64,000 nucleotides of DNA from Auanema rhodensis (GCA_964057225.1 OZ059894.1:11098001-11162000); one strand, 5' to 3'. Counted from the first letter of the stretch, positions 1-9,892 are shown. Notes: generated by a model not told the origin, from the sequence alone. Numbers and translations: made by a program.

Positions 1-1
1 T

Positions 2-3000
2 AGTAAATGCTGTTAAATGTCGATCTTCTTTACGCAGAGGTATTTGGAAGAATCCTGATACCAAATCAAAGTTAGTGAAGATGCATGCTCCTGCTGCTAG
101 ATCGAGAATATCTTGTATGTTTGAAATGACGTATATCTGCTTTAGTGTTATGGCATTTAATGCTCGAAAATCCGTAACAAAACGGTATGTTTTGTCCTTC
201 TTTTTGACGAGTATAACGGGACTTGTGGTAATAGAAATTGATGGTTCTATTATACCTTGTTCGAGCATTTCCTCCACCTGTTTTTCGACTTCTTCTTGTT
301 GAGTTAGAGGGATCCTGTATGTGATTTGAAATGATGGAAATTTTCCTGGTATGATAGGTATATTATGTTCCACTGGTCCTTTAAAAAGTCCGATATTGCG
401 ATCCTCGTTCAAGAAAGCTTCCTTATTTCTAAGTACTATTTTCTTTAATTCTTGTCTTTCCAATTGGGTGAAGATGGTGTTTGTTACGTCGAGATCCTTT
501 ATGAAGTCGTCTGGGAAGTATGGTAGTTGTTCTTCCCATCTTGCTTCCGGTGGGACGTATTGTCCTTTTTGTTCTTTGATATCTTTTGGGATAGCGTAAG
601 CAGTTCCGATTCCTTGATTTGTTTTAATTTTGATTGTTTCGGGTGAGATATTTGTAGCGAATATCTGAACCCCGTATCCTGTTGGCGTGAAAGTTGTAGG
701 GGCGAAAGTCATTTTTCCTATTCGTTGTGAACTTCTTATAAAAGCTTGTGCGTATGATGCTGGATCGTCTACTTCCAACGTGAGCGATCTGGTTTCTCCT
801 GGGTAAAACTGTTTAGTTTCCAGGCTTACTACATGAGCTATCGTGTGGTTCTCGGTCCACGGTGAGTAGTCTTGTGCTAGAGGTACTATTGTATCTCCGA
901 CTAGCAATGAATTCTGAAGTGGTCGCAATGATGTATTTATTCCTATTTTGCTGAGGGCTTCTATAAAGTCTATTCCTAATAAGATAGGTGCTGGGCAGTG
1001 GTTGTTGGCAGAAATCAGTATTTTGTGCTCAATCTCTGTTTTTCCAATAACAATTGGAAGTCTTGTGTAGCCCAGGAAGGAAAACCGTGATTTGTTTGCT
1101 ACGATAGCTGTTGTCTTTTCACCAACCATCGTTGCTGCCGGTAGTTGTTGAAATGTGCTTTCCTTCATATATGATATAGAAGCTCCTGTGTCCCATAAAG
1201 CAGTAAAGATCTGATTGTGGATGGAGAGAGGTACGAAAGGTAGTCGTGATCCTCCGATGTAGTTAATCCTTGATTCTTTCATGGCGTATCGTGGTAGATA
1301 GGCTAGAAAGTCGTTGTCTGATAGTGGAGCGTCGGGATCGTATCGGGAGATTCTTGAATAGAATTTGTTTTGTTGAGATTTATTCAGTGGTTGTAATTGC
1401 TGAAGTTCGATTTCTTTATTTTCTCGCCTTGGTTCTTCTTCTTCTTCTTTGAATGTTATTTGATTGATTGGTATCCTTGTGGTACATGCATATATTTTTA
1501 ATGCCCAGATGGTAGCAGTTATAAGTCCTATTGCGACGAGAATTCCTCCAATAATGGCTAGTGTCCTTAGTATCCATGCTGTAATTGATTCTCCTACATA
1601 TTCGAAGAAATTTGTGATTTGTTTTTCTGCGTTGTTTGATATGTTATCTGCTAACATTAATGTCGTTCCAACTGTTCCTCCTATAATGCCTATTGGATTT
1701 AGATCAGAGAATCCAGACTGTTTGAAGACTGGTTTCAGCTTTCCTGGCAGAGTGGCTTGTAAGGATGCTAAGCTCGATCCGTAGGAGATAGCCAGTGCCA
1801 TTGGAAATGTTGACTCCGTGAGGTTTGAAAATATGTTGGAATTGTTGAACTTAATGTGATCAATTTTTACAGATGTGAGTTCATCCGAAAATGAGAAGTG
1901 AGTTACATTCAATGTTGAATTATCTTTCATCCATTGATTGTTTATTTTGTAGGGATCTGATGTAGCCATATCGCATGCTATGATGTGAGCATATGGTGTC
2001 AAATCTCTTGATCCTGGTGTAATGAATAGTTTGCCGTGATGTTCCGTGTCTACAGGCGTCTCCAGGTAACATTTATCGTCTCGTTTGTGATCCGAATATA
2101 CATGTGTTATTTGTACAGGGGTGCATGGCATGACGTAGATGAGATGTTCTCCGACGAATTTGGCTGAAATGTCCTGTCGAAGAAGCATAGTGCGAATTCC
2201 TATGGTCGGATTAATTTGCAGGATTGCCCACCAGGTAAGTAGCTGTTTATTTTGCATTCTGCAAACGCTTTTCTTTGTTATTTGGAAAGCTTGTAAGATT
2301 TCCTCCTCGAGTTTTGACGTAGAGTATTGGAGGTGAGACCTTGTATCTTGTTGTCGTAGTTGATCATCGTATTTTTGAATAATATCTGCTCGTGTTCGTA
2401 GGAAATTGAGGTGTGCTTGTGATCCTGTGTGAGATTTAATTTCCTCTACCGGTTGAGTTGTTGTTGCTCGTTTTGTGGTAATCCGAGTTGTGGGAATTGT
2501 CCTAGGAGGTTCTCTGCGAGGTGTGGTAGTGAGAAGACGTGGTGGTGGAGTTACTGGAGTTGTTGTACTCTGGTAATAATGATATCTCCTTGGTGTGGTT
2601 GTGAATTGAGGTAAAGGTGTCCGATAAGTAGTAGTTGTCGGATCAACTGTGGTTGCAGGGGTTCTAGTGGTTGTTGTAGTTGTAGTAGTTGTGGTAGTGG
2701 TTGTCGTAGGACTAGCACCCGGTGACTCAATGAGCTGAAGATATGTTTGTTGAAATAATAAGCTGTCTTCTTCCGTGATGGGTCTGGCTGTAGGTAGTGT
2801 TTTCGGGAATCCGTAGTTTTGTGCGTGTCCGTTGAAGATGAGAGTATAGTTGGGAAAGGTAATCGTTGAAGAATTTGACTGTCTTGTGAGATCAGCCCAT
2901 TTCTTGTTTTCTGCTTCTCTTTCCTCTTTTGATATCCGGCTTAGACGATTGTTTTGAGCTAGGTATTCGAGAAATTTTTGTATTTCGTCTATCTGGGTGT

Positions 3001-6000
3001 AGACCTGTGTGTCTGTACGTGATCTAGGCAGTTTTGTCATTCTGGGTGGGTAAAGTTGGTATAAGTATTCCTCCAACGATGGAATAGTTTCTCCTGTAGC
3101 CAGAGTTGTAGGTGTCTGTGCTATTTCGAGTGCTATTTGTCTTGCTCGTTCGAGATAGTCGCCTTTGTGGTTTAGTAATCGTGTGGCAAAGTCGCTGATA
3201 GTGATTTGCTTGCTGAGTTTTGCCGTAATTTCTGATGGTAATAGATGTTCAATGGCGATTTCTGTGGAAAGTCGAATCTCGGCTTCTGCGAGTGTGTGTA
3301 GGATAACCATGTTGATATCGGTGTAGTTGTGCCATAAGAGTCGATATTTTAGTTTTGATGCTTCCAGTTGTAGGAATTTGATGAGCCCTATGTGTACGCT
3401 AGATGTTTTGAGGTAGTCTATAAGGTTATAGGTACTATCCAGTCTTTTACGATTTCGATATGTTTGGTACATTGGTAGTAATCCTGTAGAACTGTCTGTG
3501 AGGCGAAGTGATTGATAGATAGTGATGTTGAAGAATCTCGTAGGGTACTCCTGTGGTGCTTTTCTCTTTTGACGTCGGGGTTTTAACTCGTTGATGGAAA
3601 TGTACGTACCGCTGTCAGTTGAATAGATGTTCTTATTCATACATCTTGTAGCAATAGGGTCTGGCGTGTCGTCGTTGAGGATGAATGCTCCTTGTATTTC
3701 CGAGATTATAACAGTATCATTATTGATTAGTGCTTCGAATTTTCCTAAAGTTGTGTAATCACAATTTCGATGGTTATTGGGTGGGATCCATGTGATAACT
3801 GCGTTTGTGGTGTTGCATACACCTTGTTGTTTAGTGCATCCCTCAGTGTTGATAAACAAGTCGGAGATTATAGTGTCATCGTGTAGGCTAGTCATCATTC
3901 CTCTTTCTAATGTGAATCTTGATTTTGTTGTGCAAGAGGATGACCAGAACGATTTTGATTGAGCATTGGTAGGCATAGGAGTTTTGAATAGTCCTGGAGC
4001 TTCCCGATTGAGGTTGTTATCCGTGTGTCGTCTCTCTTGAATGGCTGTTTTGCATTCTTGTGGAGTGGCTGGTTCTATTCGGAGTAATGTGAGGTTGTTT
4101 TCCCTGATGAAGAATAAGTCGTAGGCGCAAGCTTTATAGATTTCCTTGGAGCATTTCCATGCTTCCCATTCTTTGTAATTCATATTTTCTGCAAATAGTT
4201 CCACTGTTTTTATCTTGACTCCGTCTTTGTGTGCATAGTCTGAGCAGGTTGTTGGTCGAGGTGGTTCGAGGAAAATACCTCCTCGTTTGCCGATGCAGAG
4301 TTGATAGGTGTTGTCTGCCTGACAGGGTATCAAAGATAAAGCGATGACGGATAAGAATAGCGGTATGAACGGAAGTGTCTTCCTTGTTTTTCCTGTTTCT
4401 TTCTCCACTTTGTTAACGTGAAAACGAACGCTAGGGCTTCTGGTACGATCTCTGTACCTGTTATGTTGTCCATGCGAAGTGTTGTGATTTCTTTGTTGGA
4501 ATCCGCGATCGTGATAGTTTCCGCGGTTGTATCGGTCGTTTCCTCTGTGCTCATGTCGATCGTTTCCTCTGTTATCATATCGGTCGTTTCTTCTGTTATC
4601 GTATCGATCGTTGTATCTATCGTACCGTTGAGGACTACGATAACTGTTGTATCCTCGTTGGTATCCATTGTTTCTGTTATCTTGTCTGAAGTTGGGACGG
4701 TTATTTTGTCGGTCGTCCTGGTATCTTGGTGGGCGGTATCCTCCTCTTCTTTGATTCCATCGTTCCTGTGGGCGTTGTGGTCTTGATTGATTTCCATAAA
4801 ACGTTCTTGGTTGGTGTGTTTGTGATTCGTCATGGGTTTTGTCCTGTTGTGAGGTTCTCATGTGGTTTATGAGACCGTTATTGATCTCTAATTGTTCCAC
4901 GTTTTTGATCAAGTTGTTGATATGTAGCGACGGATCTTCGTCGGCTTCTACTGTTTCGGCGATAGTTACAGCTGCATCGAAGGTTATAGGGCTGCGGTTA
5001 TTGACGTGTGTTCTTAAAGTCTTTCTTAGTCCTCCTAAGAACGAAACACGTAGTATTCTTTCGTCAGCTGTTGAGTCCATGTTGCATGATTCGTAAGCGA
5101 GATTTCTGCAACGTTGCGCGAAATTTTGTACCGTTTCGTTTTCTCCTTGTTTCAAATGGGTGAGTTTCGTAAATGCAGCATCCCTCTTTTCTGGAGGTTG
5201 TAATTTCTCCGATAGTAGACGTTTGACGTGGTTCCATCCTTGGCGTAAGTCTTCTGCTGGTATAGTTCGCAGAGCTTCGGCGGCTCTGTCCGTTCCAAGA
5301 AGTAGATAAAGATGGGAAAGTCTCTCGGCAATAGGGACTTGAAGTGCATCAAAATATCCTTCTAGTCTTTGCATGTAGAGATTGAATGGTACGGATCCAT
5401 CATAAAGCGTAGGTTTATGATGGCGAATAGAAACATTGTTGGCTCTCGCGATAGGAGGATTATCTTGCTCCATCTGATTTGCCATTTGAGGGCGACTTCT
5501 CTGCTCTGTAACATTCGAAGTCAAATTTATGTTATTGTCTGACGAAGAAGAGACAGGAGACAGAGAGTGCCCATGCAAAGATTGATCAGTGGAAGAGGGG
5601 GAATTTCTAGGAATAGGAGAAGTGAGGATTTCCGTGTTTTCGGTTTGAATAGGACGTTGAGGAGAAGTGTGATTTGGAAGATAAGTGTTAGTGCCGGTGT
5701 CAATGACTGTTTTTGGAGAGTGAGAAGAGCGTTTGGGCGTGGATTTACTAGATGTTGCTTTATTTTTATTCAAACTTATCGCATGCCTAGTAGTTTTGAT
5801 AGCAGTTGTATAAAGTTTCTTAGCGGTTAGCGGTGTGCCCGGAATGGGGGGTAATTTCTTTGATTTAGCGTTAGTTTTCGGATGTTTCGCATCTGGTCGA
5901 AATGCATCCGGTGGTCCTCTTTTTCTTTGGTTTCTATGCAGTGCTGCTTCCACTGTCTGGGTATTCTCTTCGCTATTTGTAGTGTTTTGGGTATTATTTC

Positions 6001-6034
6001 CCGGCGGAGGGTTTTGATTCGCTGTGTCAGCCAT
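2..6034 (-). CDS. Gag-Env-PR-RT polyprotein, >2011 aa, 3' partial (absent from the ORF track because there is no stop in the window)
   Basis: Manual translation. ATG at 6034 (aaaaATG, in-frame TAA 9 codons upstream). Gag motif LKQGENETVQNFAQRC...FLGGLRK (~5160-5020); signal peptide LPFIPLFLSVIALSLIPCQA; TM at ~1576-1490; protease ALWDTGAS (DTG 1192-1184); RT SPVILVKKKDKTYRFVTDFRALN...FDLVSGFFQIPL. All checked codons are in one frame and the ORF track lists no stop-terminated ORF in that frame. Confidence 0.9.
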   Translation of the reverse strand, partial: MADTANQNPPPGNNTQNTTNSEENTQTVEAALHRNQRKRGPPDAFRPDAKHPKTNAKSKKLPPIPGTPLTAKKLYTTAIKTTRHAISLNKNKATSSKSTPKRSSHSPKTVIDTGTNTYLPNHTSPQRPIQTENTEILTSPIPRNSPSSTDQSLHGHSLSPVSSSSDNNINLTSNVTEQRSRPQMANQMEQDNPPIARANNVSIRHHKPTLYDGSVPFNLYMQRLEGYFDALQVPIAERLSHLYLLLGTDRAAEALRTIPAEDLRQGWNHVKRLLSEKLQPPEKRDAAFTKLTHLKQGENETVQNFAQRCRNLAYESCNMDSTADERILRVSFLGGLRKTLRTHVNNRSPITFDAAVTIAETVEADEDPSLHINNLIKNVEQLEINNGLINHMRTSQQDKTHDESQTHQPRTFYGNQSRPQRPQERWNQRRGGYRPPRYQDDRQNNRPNFRQDNRNNGYQRGYNSYRSPQRYDRYNDRYDNRRNDRYDNRGNDRHEHRGNDRYNRGNYHDRGFQQRNHNTSHGQHNRYRDRTRSPSVRFHVNKVEKETGKTRKTLPFIPLFLSVIALSLIPCQADNTYQLCIGKRGGIFLEPPRPTTCSDYAHKDGVKIKTVELFAENMNYKEWEAWKCSKEIYKACAYDLFFIRENNLTLLRIEPATPQECKTAIQERRHTDNNLNREAPGLFKTPMPTNAQSKSFWSSSCTTKSRFTLERGMMTSLHDDTIISDLFINTEGCTKQQGVCNTTNAVITWIPPNNHRNCDYTTLGKFEALINNDTVIISEIQGAFILNDDTPDPIATRCMNKNIYSTDSGTYISINELKPRRQKRKAPQEYPTRFFNITIYQSLRLTDSSTGLLPMYQTYRNRKRLDSTYNLIDYLKTSSVHIGLIKFLQLEASKLKYRLLWHNYTDINMVILHTLAEAEIRLSTEIAIEHLLPSEITAKLSKQITISDFATRLLNHKGDYLERARQIALEIAQTPTTLATGETIPSLEEYLYQLYPPRMTKLPRSRTDTQVYTQIDEIQKFLEYLAQNNRLSRISKEEREAENKKWADLTRQSNSSTITFPNYTLIFNGHAQNYGFPKTLPTARPITEEDSLLFQQTYLQLIESPGASPTTTTTTTTTTTTTTRTPATTVDPTTTTYRTPLPQFTTTPRRYHYYQSTTTPVTPPPRLLTTTPRREPPRTIPTTRITTKRATTTQPVEEIKSHTGSQAHLNFLRTRADIIQKYDDQLRQQDTRSHLQYSTSKLEEEILQAFQITKKSVCRMQNKQLLTWWAILQINPTIGIRTMLLRQDISAKFVGEHLIYVMPCTPVQITHVYSDHKRDDKCYLETPVDTEHHGKLFITPGSRDLTPYAHIIACDMATSDPYKINNQWMKDNSTLNVTHFSFSDELTSVKIDHIKFNNSNIFSNLTESTFPMALAISYGSSLASLQATLPGKLKPVFKQSGFSDLNPIGIIGGTVGTTLMLADNISNNAEKQITNFFEYVGESITAWILRTLAIIGGILVAIGLITATIWALKIYACTTRIPINQITFKEEEEEPRRENKEIELQQLQPLNKSQQNKFYSRISRYDPDAPLSDNDFLAYLPRYAMKESRINYIGGSRLPFVPLSIHNQIFTALWDTGASISYMKESTFQQLPAATMVGEKTTAIVANKSRFSFLGYTRLPIVIGKTEIEHKILISANNHCPAPILLGIDFIEALSKIGINTSLRPLQNSLLVGDTIVPLAQDYSPWTENHTIAHVVSLETKQFYPGETRSLTLEVDDPASYAQAFIRSSQRIGKMTFAPTTFTPTGYGVQIFATNISPETIKIKTNQGIGTAYAIPKDIKEQKGQYVPPEARWEEQLPYFPDDFIKDLDVTNTIFTQLERQELKKIVLRNKEAFLNEDRNIGLFKGPVEHNIPIIPGKFPSFQITYRIPLTQQEEVEKQVEEMLEQGIIEPSISITTSPVILVKKKDKTYRFVTDFRALNAITLKQIYVISNIQDILDLAAGACIFTNFDLVSGFFQIPLRKEDRHLTAFT
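1487..4375 (-). other. Envelope glycoprotein domain (class III, herpesvirus gB-like) inside the polyprotein
   Basis: Signal peptide, Cys-rich ectodomain with N-glycosylation sequons, furin-like RRQKR (3577-3563) and RNRKR (3457-3443), gB-like CRMQNKQLLTWWAILQINPTIGIRTMLLRQDISAKFVGEHLIYVMPCTPV...CYLETPV, Gly-rich membrane-proximal segment and TM helix. Confidence 0.8.
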
Positions 6035-7599
6035 TTTTGTTGGTTTCCTGGAAGGAAATTATTAACCAACGAAGACTGAGCTTATATATACAAACGTAAG
6101 AAACAATATGGGGTTGGTATGCGCGACTCCTATTTCTGTCAGGGGGCCAGCCTGCAGCGGGTCTCTAGTCGGAGAATAGCCTGGTCAGGTTCATACACGA
6201 GTCCGCAACTACGTGTGACCTTAGCAAAGGACCGGGTTCTTATCTCACGAAGAGGCATGAGATGCGAGACAGTGGTCTGTGTATTGTGCCTTTTCAGTCA
6301 TGGACAAGATCAGGTACACAGGCTTCTCGAACTCATTTTTCCAGACTTCTCGTGCCTAAGCGAACCCGCAGAAGACGTTCCCTTTTAACGTTGCTTCTGC
6401 TCCCCTGGGCTCTGCTAGGTGGGACCACTTAACTTCAAAAAAATATTACGTTTTGTAATTCTCATATAGGACCGAAAAAGGGTTAATTTCAAATGAATGC
6501 GCGTCTTATATCAAAAGTGTACGCCTCCGCACGATGTCCCGAGAAAGTCTGGTATTGTTTCTCACGGGCTTGAATAAATAGAATAGTTTATGGTTTATGA
6601 ATAGGAAGTTTTACGAAGAGAAAAAAAATAGATGATTCAAGAATATGTTTTGGTAGTTTTTTTTTTTTTTTGAAAATGTCTTATAAATGATAATGAATAA
6701 ATGTTTTTAAAGTATTTTATAAATAGATTATGACAATAAATGTTTTGATTTGTTTGTTTCAAAAGAGTTTTCATGCATTATATGCTTTTAATATATATGA
6801 AATAAAATAAGAAAGAATGAAGTAAAGATAAAATTCGGGTAACATTTAGGAGATAAAATTGACAATTTTAGAAATAGAAGTTTGAATATTATATAAAGTT
6901 TTGATATGAAGGATAAAAGATTTTGAATACAAAAAGGATTTCGAAAAGTAGCGGAAATGGTCCATAGAGATCCGTCCGTTATAGACGGATCTCGGTGGAA
7001 CCTCCACGTTCCATTTGATTGCCCTAGGGTTCCGACTAGGGTTTTCAGATGGATTTTGTGCAAGGGTTTCATTGTTCAACAAGTAGTTAAATTAGCAACC
7101 GTTTTATTATATAGAGAAAACTACAATAGGAAATGTTATAAACTACAAACAAGTAAAGTTAAAGTCTAAAACTACATGATAGAAGATCTCCCTTAGTGTG
7201 TTTTCTACGGGTTTATATAGCAAACTATAGAATGTAAAAAGTGAATGAATTTGTATAAAAAGAATTACGTTCCACCTTATTCCGTGGAATCTTTTCTAAA
7301 AAGCTTTCGAATTCTAGTTTCTTATTTTATTTGATTAAACTAAAGTCGGTTGACATGCAAAGACATGAATAAACATAAATGTAAATACAGAATTACCAGG
7401 TAGTACATAAGTATGACAAAAAATTATAAGAAAGCCATGAAAATAGAAGGTTTGTGAACAAATGAGAGGTACATCTTTGATCGTATAGTCATTTCTAAAC
7501 CGTTCGTATGCTGCAGCATCGTCATAAGCGTCACTCAAGTTGAATTTCCATGTGTACTACACGATTTTCATTCTTATTGTTACATTCTTTCCCTGAGGG

Positions 7600-7785
7600 A
7601 ATGGGCCGTTCCCGCCAGCAGTGCAAGAGCGGGTCGACCCGTGAGGTGGAGCTAGCAAGCCAGCATCTACCTCAAGTCTCAAAAATCGGTTAACCTTATT
7701 GTGAACCAATGGAACACATATCGAAGGTTAATTCGATAAGAACGATTACTACACTTTGATCTTAGCCAAAAGGCCGAGAAGCGAT
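7600..7785 (-). ncRNA. U2: U2 snRNA
   Basis: ATCGCTTCTCGGCCTTTTGGCTAAGATCAAAGTGTAGTA 5' end, stem IIa/IIb, Sm site ATTTTTG, loop IV TTGCAC; 3' end approximate. Confidence 0.95.
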
Positions 7786-8227
7786 ACAGCATAGCCATGA
7801 GTATCAAAGACATCAAGCAAATGTATCGTACTTGTTACGAGTGCACTCTCTCATTTGAATATAAAAGTGTGGTTTGACAATCTTGACTGTACAGGTCATA
7901 AATGGCTCATATAAACTGTGGATTTACTCAACTTTTGGACTTATTTTTTTCTTATTCGAAGCGCTGCACTTTTTTCTATTCTTTTTATTCAAATACTTGT
8001 ATATAGTTTTATATGTACGGTTGCAAAGTTTCCGAATATTTTATATATTTTTATACAATAATTAGGAGAAGGTTAATACAATGAAATCTCCCAACTTTAC
8101 AGTGTTTGTATTGCTTACAGTATCTAGAACAACCACTCTTGTAATATTAGAGCACATATCAATCAACAACTTTTTCTAGTTATCAAAGCTTTTTTATTTT
8201 TTCAAGATATTTCAAATAAAATATAAA

Positions 8228-8346
8228 AGCTTACGACACCCGGGATTCCCAAGCCGTCTCCGATCCAAGTACTAACCGGGCCCAACGTTGCTTGACTTGC
8301 CAGATCGGACGGGATGGCGTACTTTCAACGTGGTATGGTCGTAAGC
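8228..8346 (-). rRNA. 5S: 5S rRNA
   Basis: 119 nt GCTTACGACCATACCACGTTGAAAGTACGCCATCCCGTCCGATCTGGCAAG...GTCGTAAGCT followed by a T-run terminator; nematode-type. Confidence 0.97.
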
Positions 8347-8488
8347 AATGTTATATTCTTCATTATCAGTTATATCACTCTAAATCTTGTTGTTAATAGA
8401 TACGACCACAAAGAAAACAACAGGAACAGTAACAATAACAAAAAAAATTTTTTTTTCACCTATGTGTCTAAAGGTTAGCCATGTATCC

Positions 8489-8491
<3 letters not shown>

Positions 8492-8524
<33 letters not shown>
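8492..8524. repeat. (TA)n microsatellite, present in each complete unit with variable length (longest 47322-47392)
   Basis: Direct reading. Confidence 0.95.
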
Positions 8525-8526
<2 letters not shown>

Positions 8527-9340
8527 ACAGTAAAAAGTCCAATCAAGAGAGAAATTTTTTCAACACATAGTTGTTTTTTTTTTAAATATCATTGTTTTTC
8601 CTCATAACTCGGTTTAAACTCGTTCTAACCCGTTGAAATACGTCTAGAAAGTCTTTATAACATGCATATGTATGATAGAACTTCATATTTATTGTAATAG
8701 AAAATTTTATTTTCAGACGTCTTGGTTAACAATGATATGTTTTACCCCCTTATAATTTTTATCATAATGTTCCTTATACGGAACGCTCAATGAAACTTGC
8801 TTCCAGAAAAATTTCTTTCTATTTTTTCTTCATATGTACGTAGATACTATAGAGAACTATGATAGAAAACTTTAACATTCACGAAATCATCATTTCTCAT
8901 TACGCTACGGAGGTTTAAAAAGCTGTGTTTTACCTTATAATAGACCGGAAAACCCTTGTGTTAAAACTGGACCGTTTTTACACATATGAAAATGTCCCGT
9001 ATTCGGGACCCTAATGTAACTTTTGATTCCCTATATTTTTTTTCATGAAATTTACAATCTACTGTAGAAAGAAGAATTATTTTTATAAAAACTGTAAATT
9101 TTTGAAAAATGAAAACAAAACGAAAACAAAAACAACTTTTTTTTGAACATTTTCTCACACAAGGGTCCCCCCTTACCTACTTTTTTTCTCATTACTCGTT
9201 TCAACCTCATCCGATCACTCTGCAAACATGTTTAATCGTTCTAACTTGTTGAAATACGTCTTAAAAGTCTAAACAACATGCATATGCATAATAGAAACCA
9301 CCCGAATAGGCCCCCACGCACTAAACGAGATATATACATT

Positions 9341-9435
9341 ACCAGTATAGTAATAGAACACATATTGAAGATTAATTCGATAAGAACAATTTATTGACGT
9401 AGAGAATGTTTGTTCCGAAAAACTACAATATTAAA
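9341..9435 (-). pseudogene. Decayed head-to-tail junction of the U2-targeting 783-bp element, including a degenerate U2 nt 40-79; present in each unit's spacer
   Basis: accagtatag (10/10 to element 5' end) + 35/40 match to U2 nt 79-40 + 37/45 match to element 3' end. Confidence 0.85.
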
Positions 9436-9706
9436 CTATAAAAGTAACAAAAGCGTAGAGGCAGCAAAGACATGAATAAACATAAATGTAAATACAGAAT
9501 TACCAGGTAGTACATAAGTATGACAAAAAATTATAAGAAAGCCATGAAAATAGAAGGTTTGTGAACAAATGAGAGGTACATCTTTGATCGTATAGTCATT
9601 TCTAAACCGTTCGTATGCTGCAGCATCGTCATAAGCGTCACTCAAGTTGAATTTCCATGTGTACTACACGATTTTCATTCTTATTGTTACATTCTTTCCC
9701 TGAGGG

Positions 9707-9892
9707 AATGGGCCGTTCCCGCCAGCAGTGCAAGAGCGGGTCGACCCGTGAGGTGGAGCTAGCAAGCCAGCATCTACCTCAAGTCTCAAAAATCGGTTAA
9801 CCTTATTGTGAACCAATGGAACACATATCGAAGGTTAATTCGATAAGAACGATTACTACACTTTGATCTTAGCCAAAAGGCCGAGAAGCGAT
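9707..9892 (-). ncRNA. U2: U2 snRNA
   Basis: Same sequence as 7600-7785. Confidence 0.95.

Larger units (their letters stand above)
1..7355 (-). mobile_element. Ty3/Gypsy (Metaviridae-like) LTR retrotransposon with envelope gene, runs off the left edge; right boundary tentative
   Basis: Long minus-strand polyprotein with Gag, PR and RT motifs. Candidate PBS TGGTCCCACC at 6427-6418. Array homology stops at ~7357, next to a minus-strand TGTCAA that could be the LTR start. The second LTR is not in the window. Confidence 0.7.

Noticed and set aside
4330-4833. 167-aa Thr/Asp-rich ORF and its antisense partner
   Set aside because: Alternative frames of the low-complexity Arg/Asp/Tyr repeat at the end of Gag in the real polyprotein frame.
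7786-7860. U2 proximal sequence element
   Set aside because: Expected here by position, but I could not match a known PSE consensus, so it is not annotated.
8612-8935. GGTTTAAA starts resembling spliced-leader RNAs
   Set aside because: No 22-nt leader followed by a GT donor and Sm site; no SL1 sequence found on either strand.
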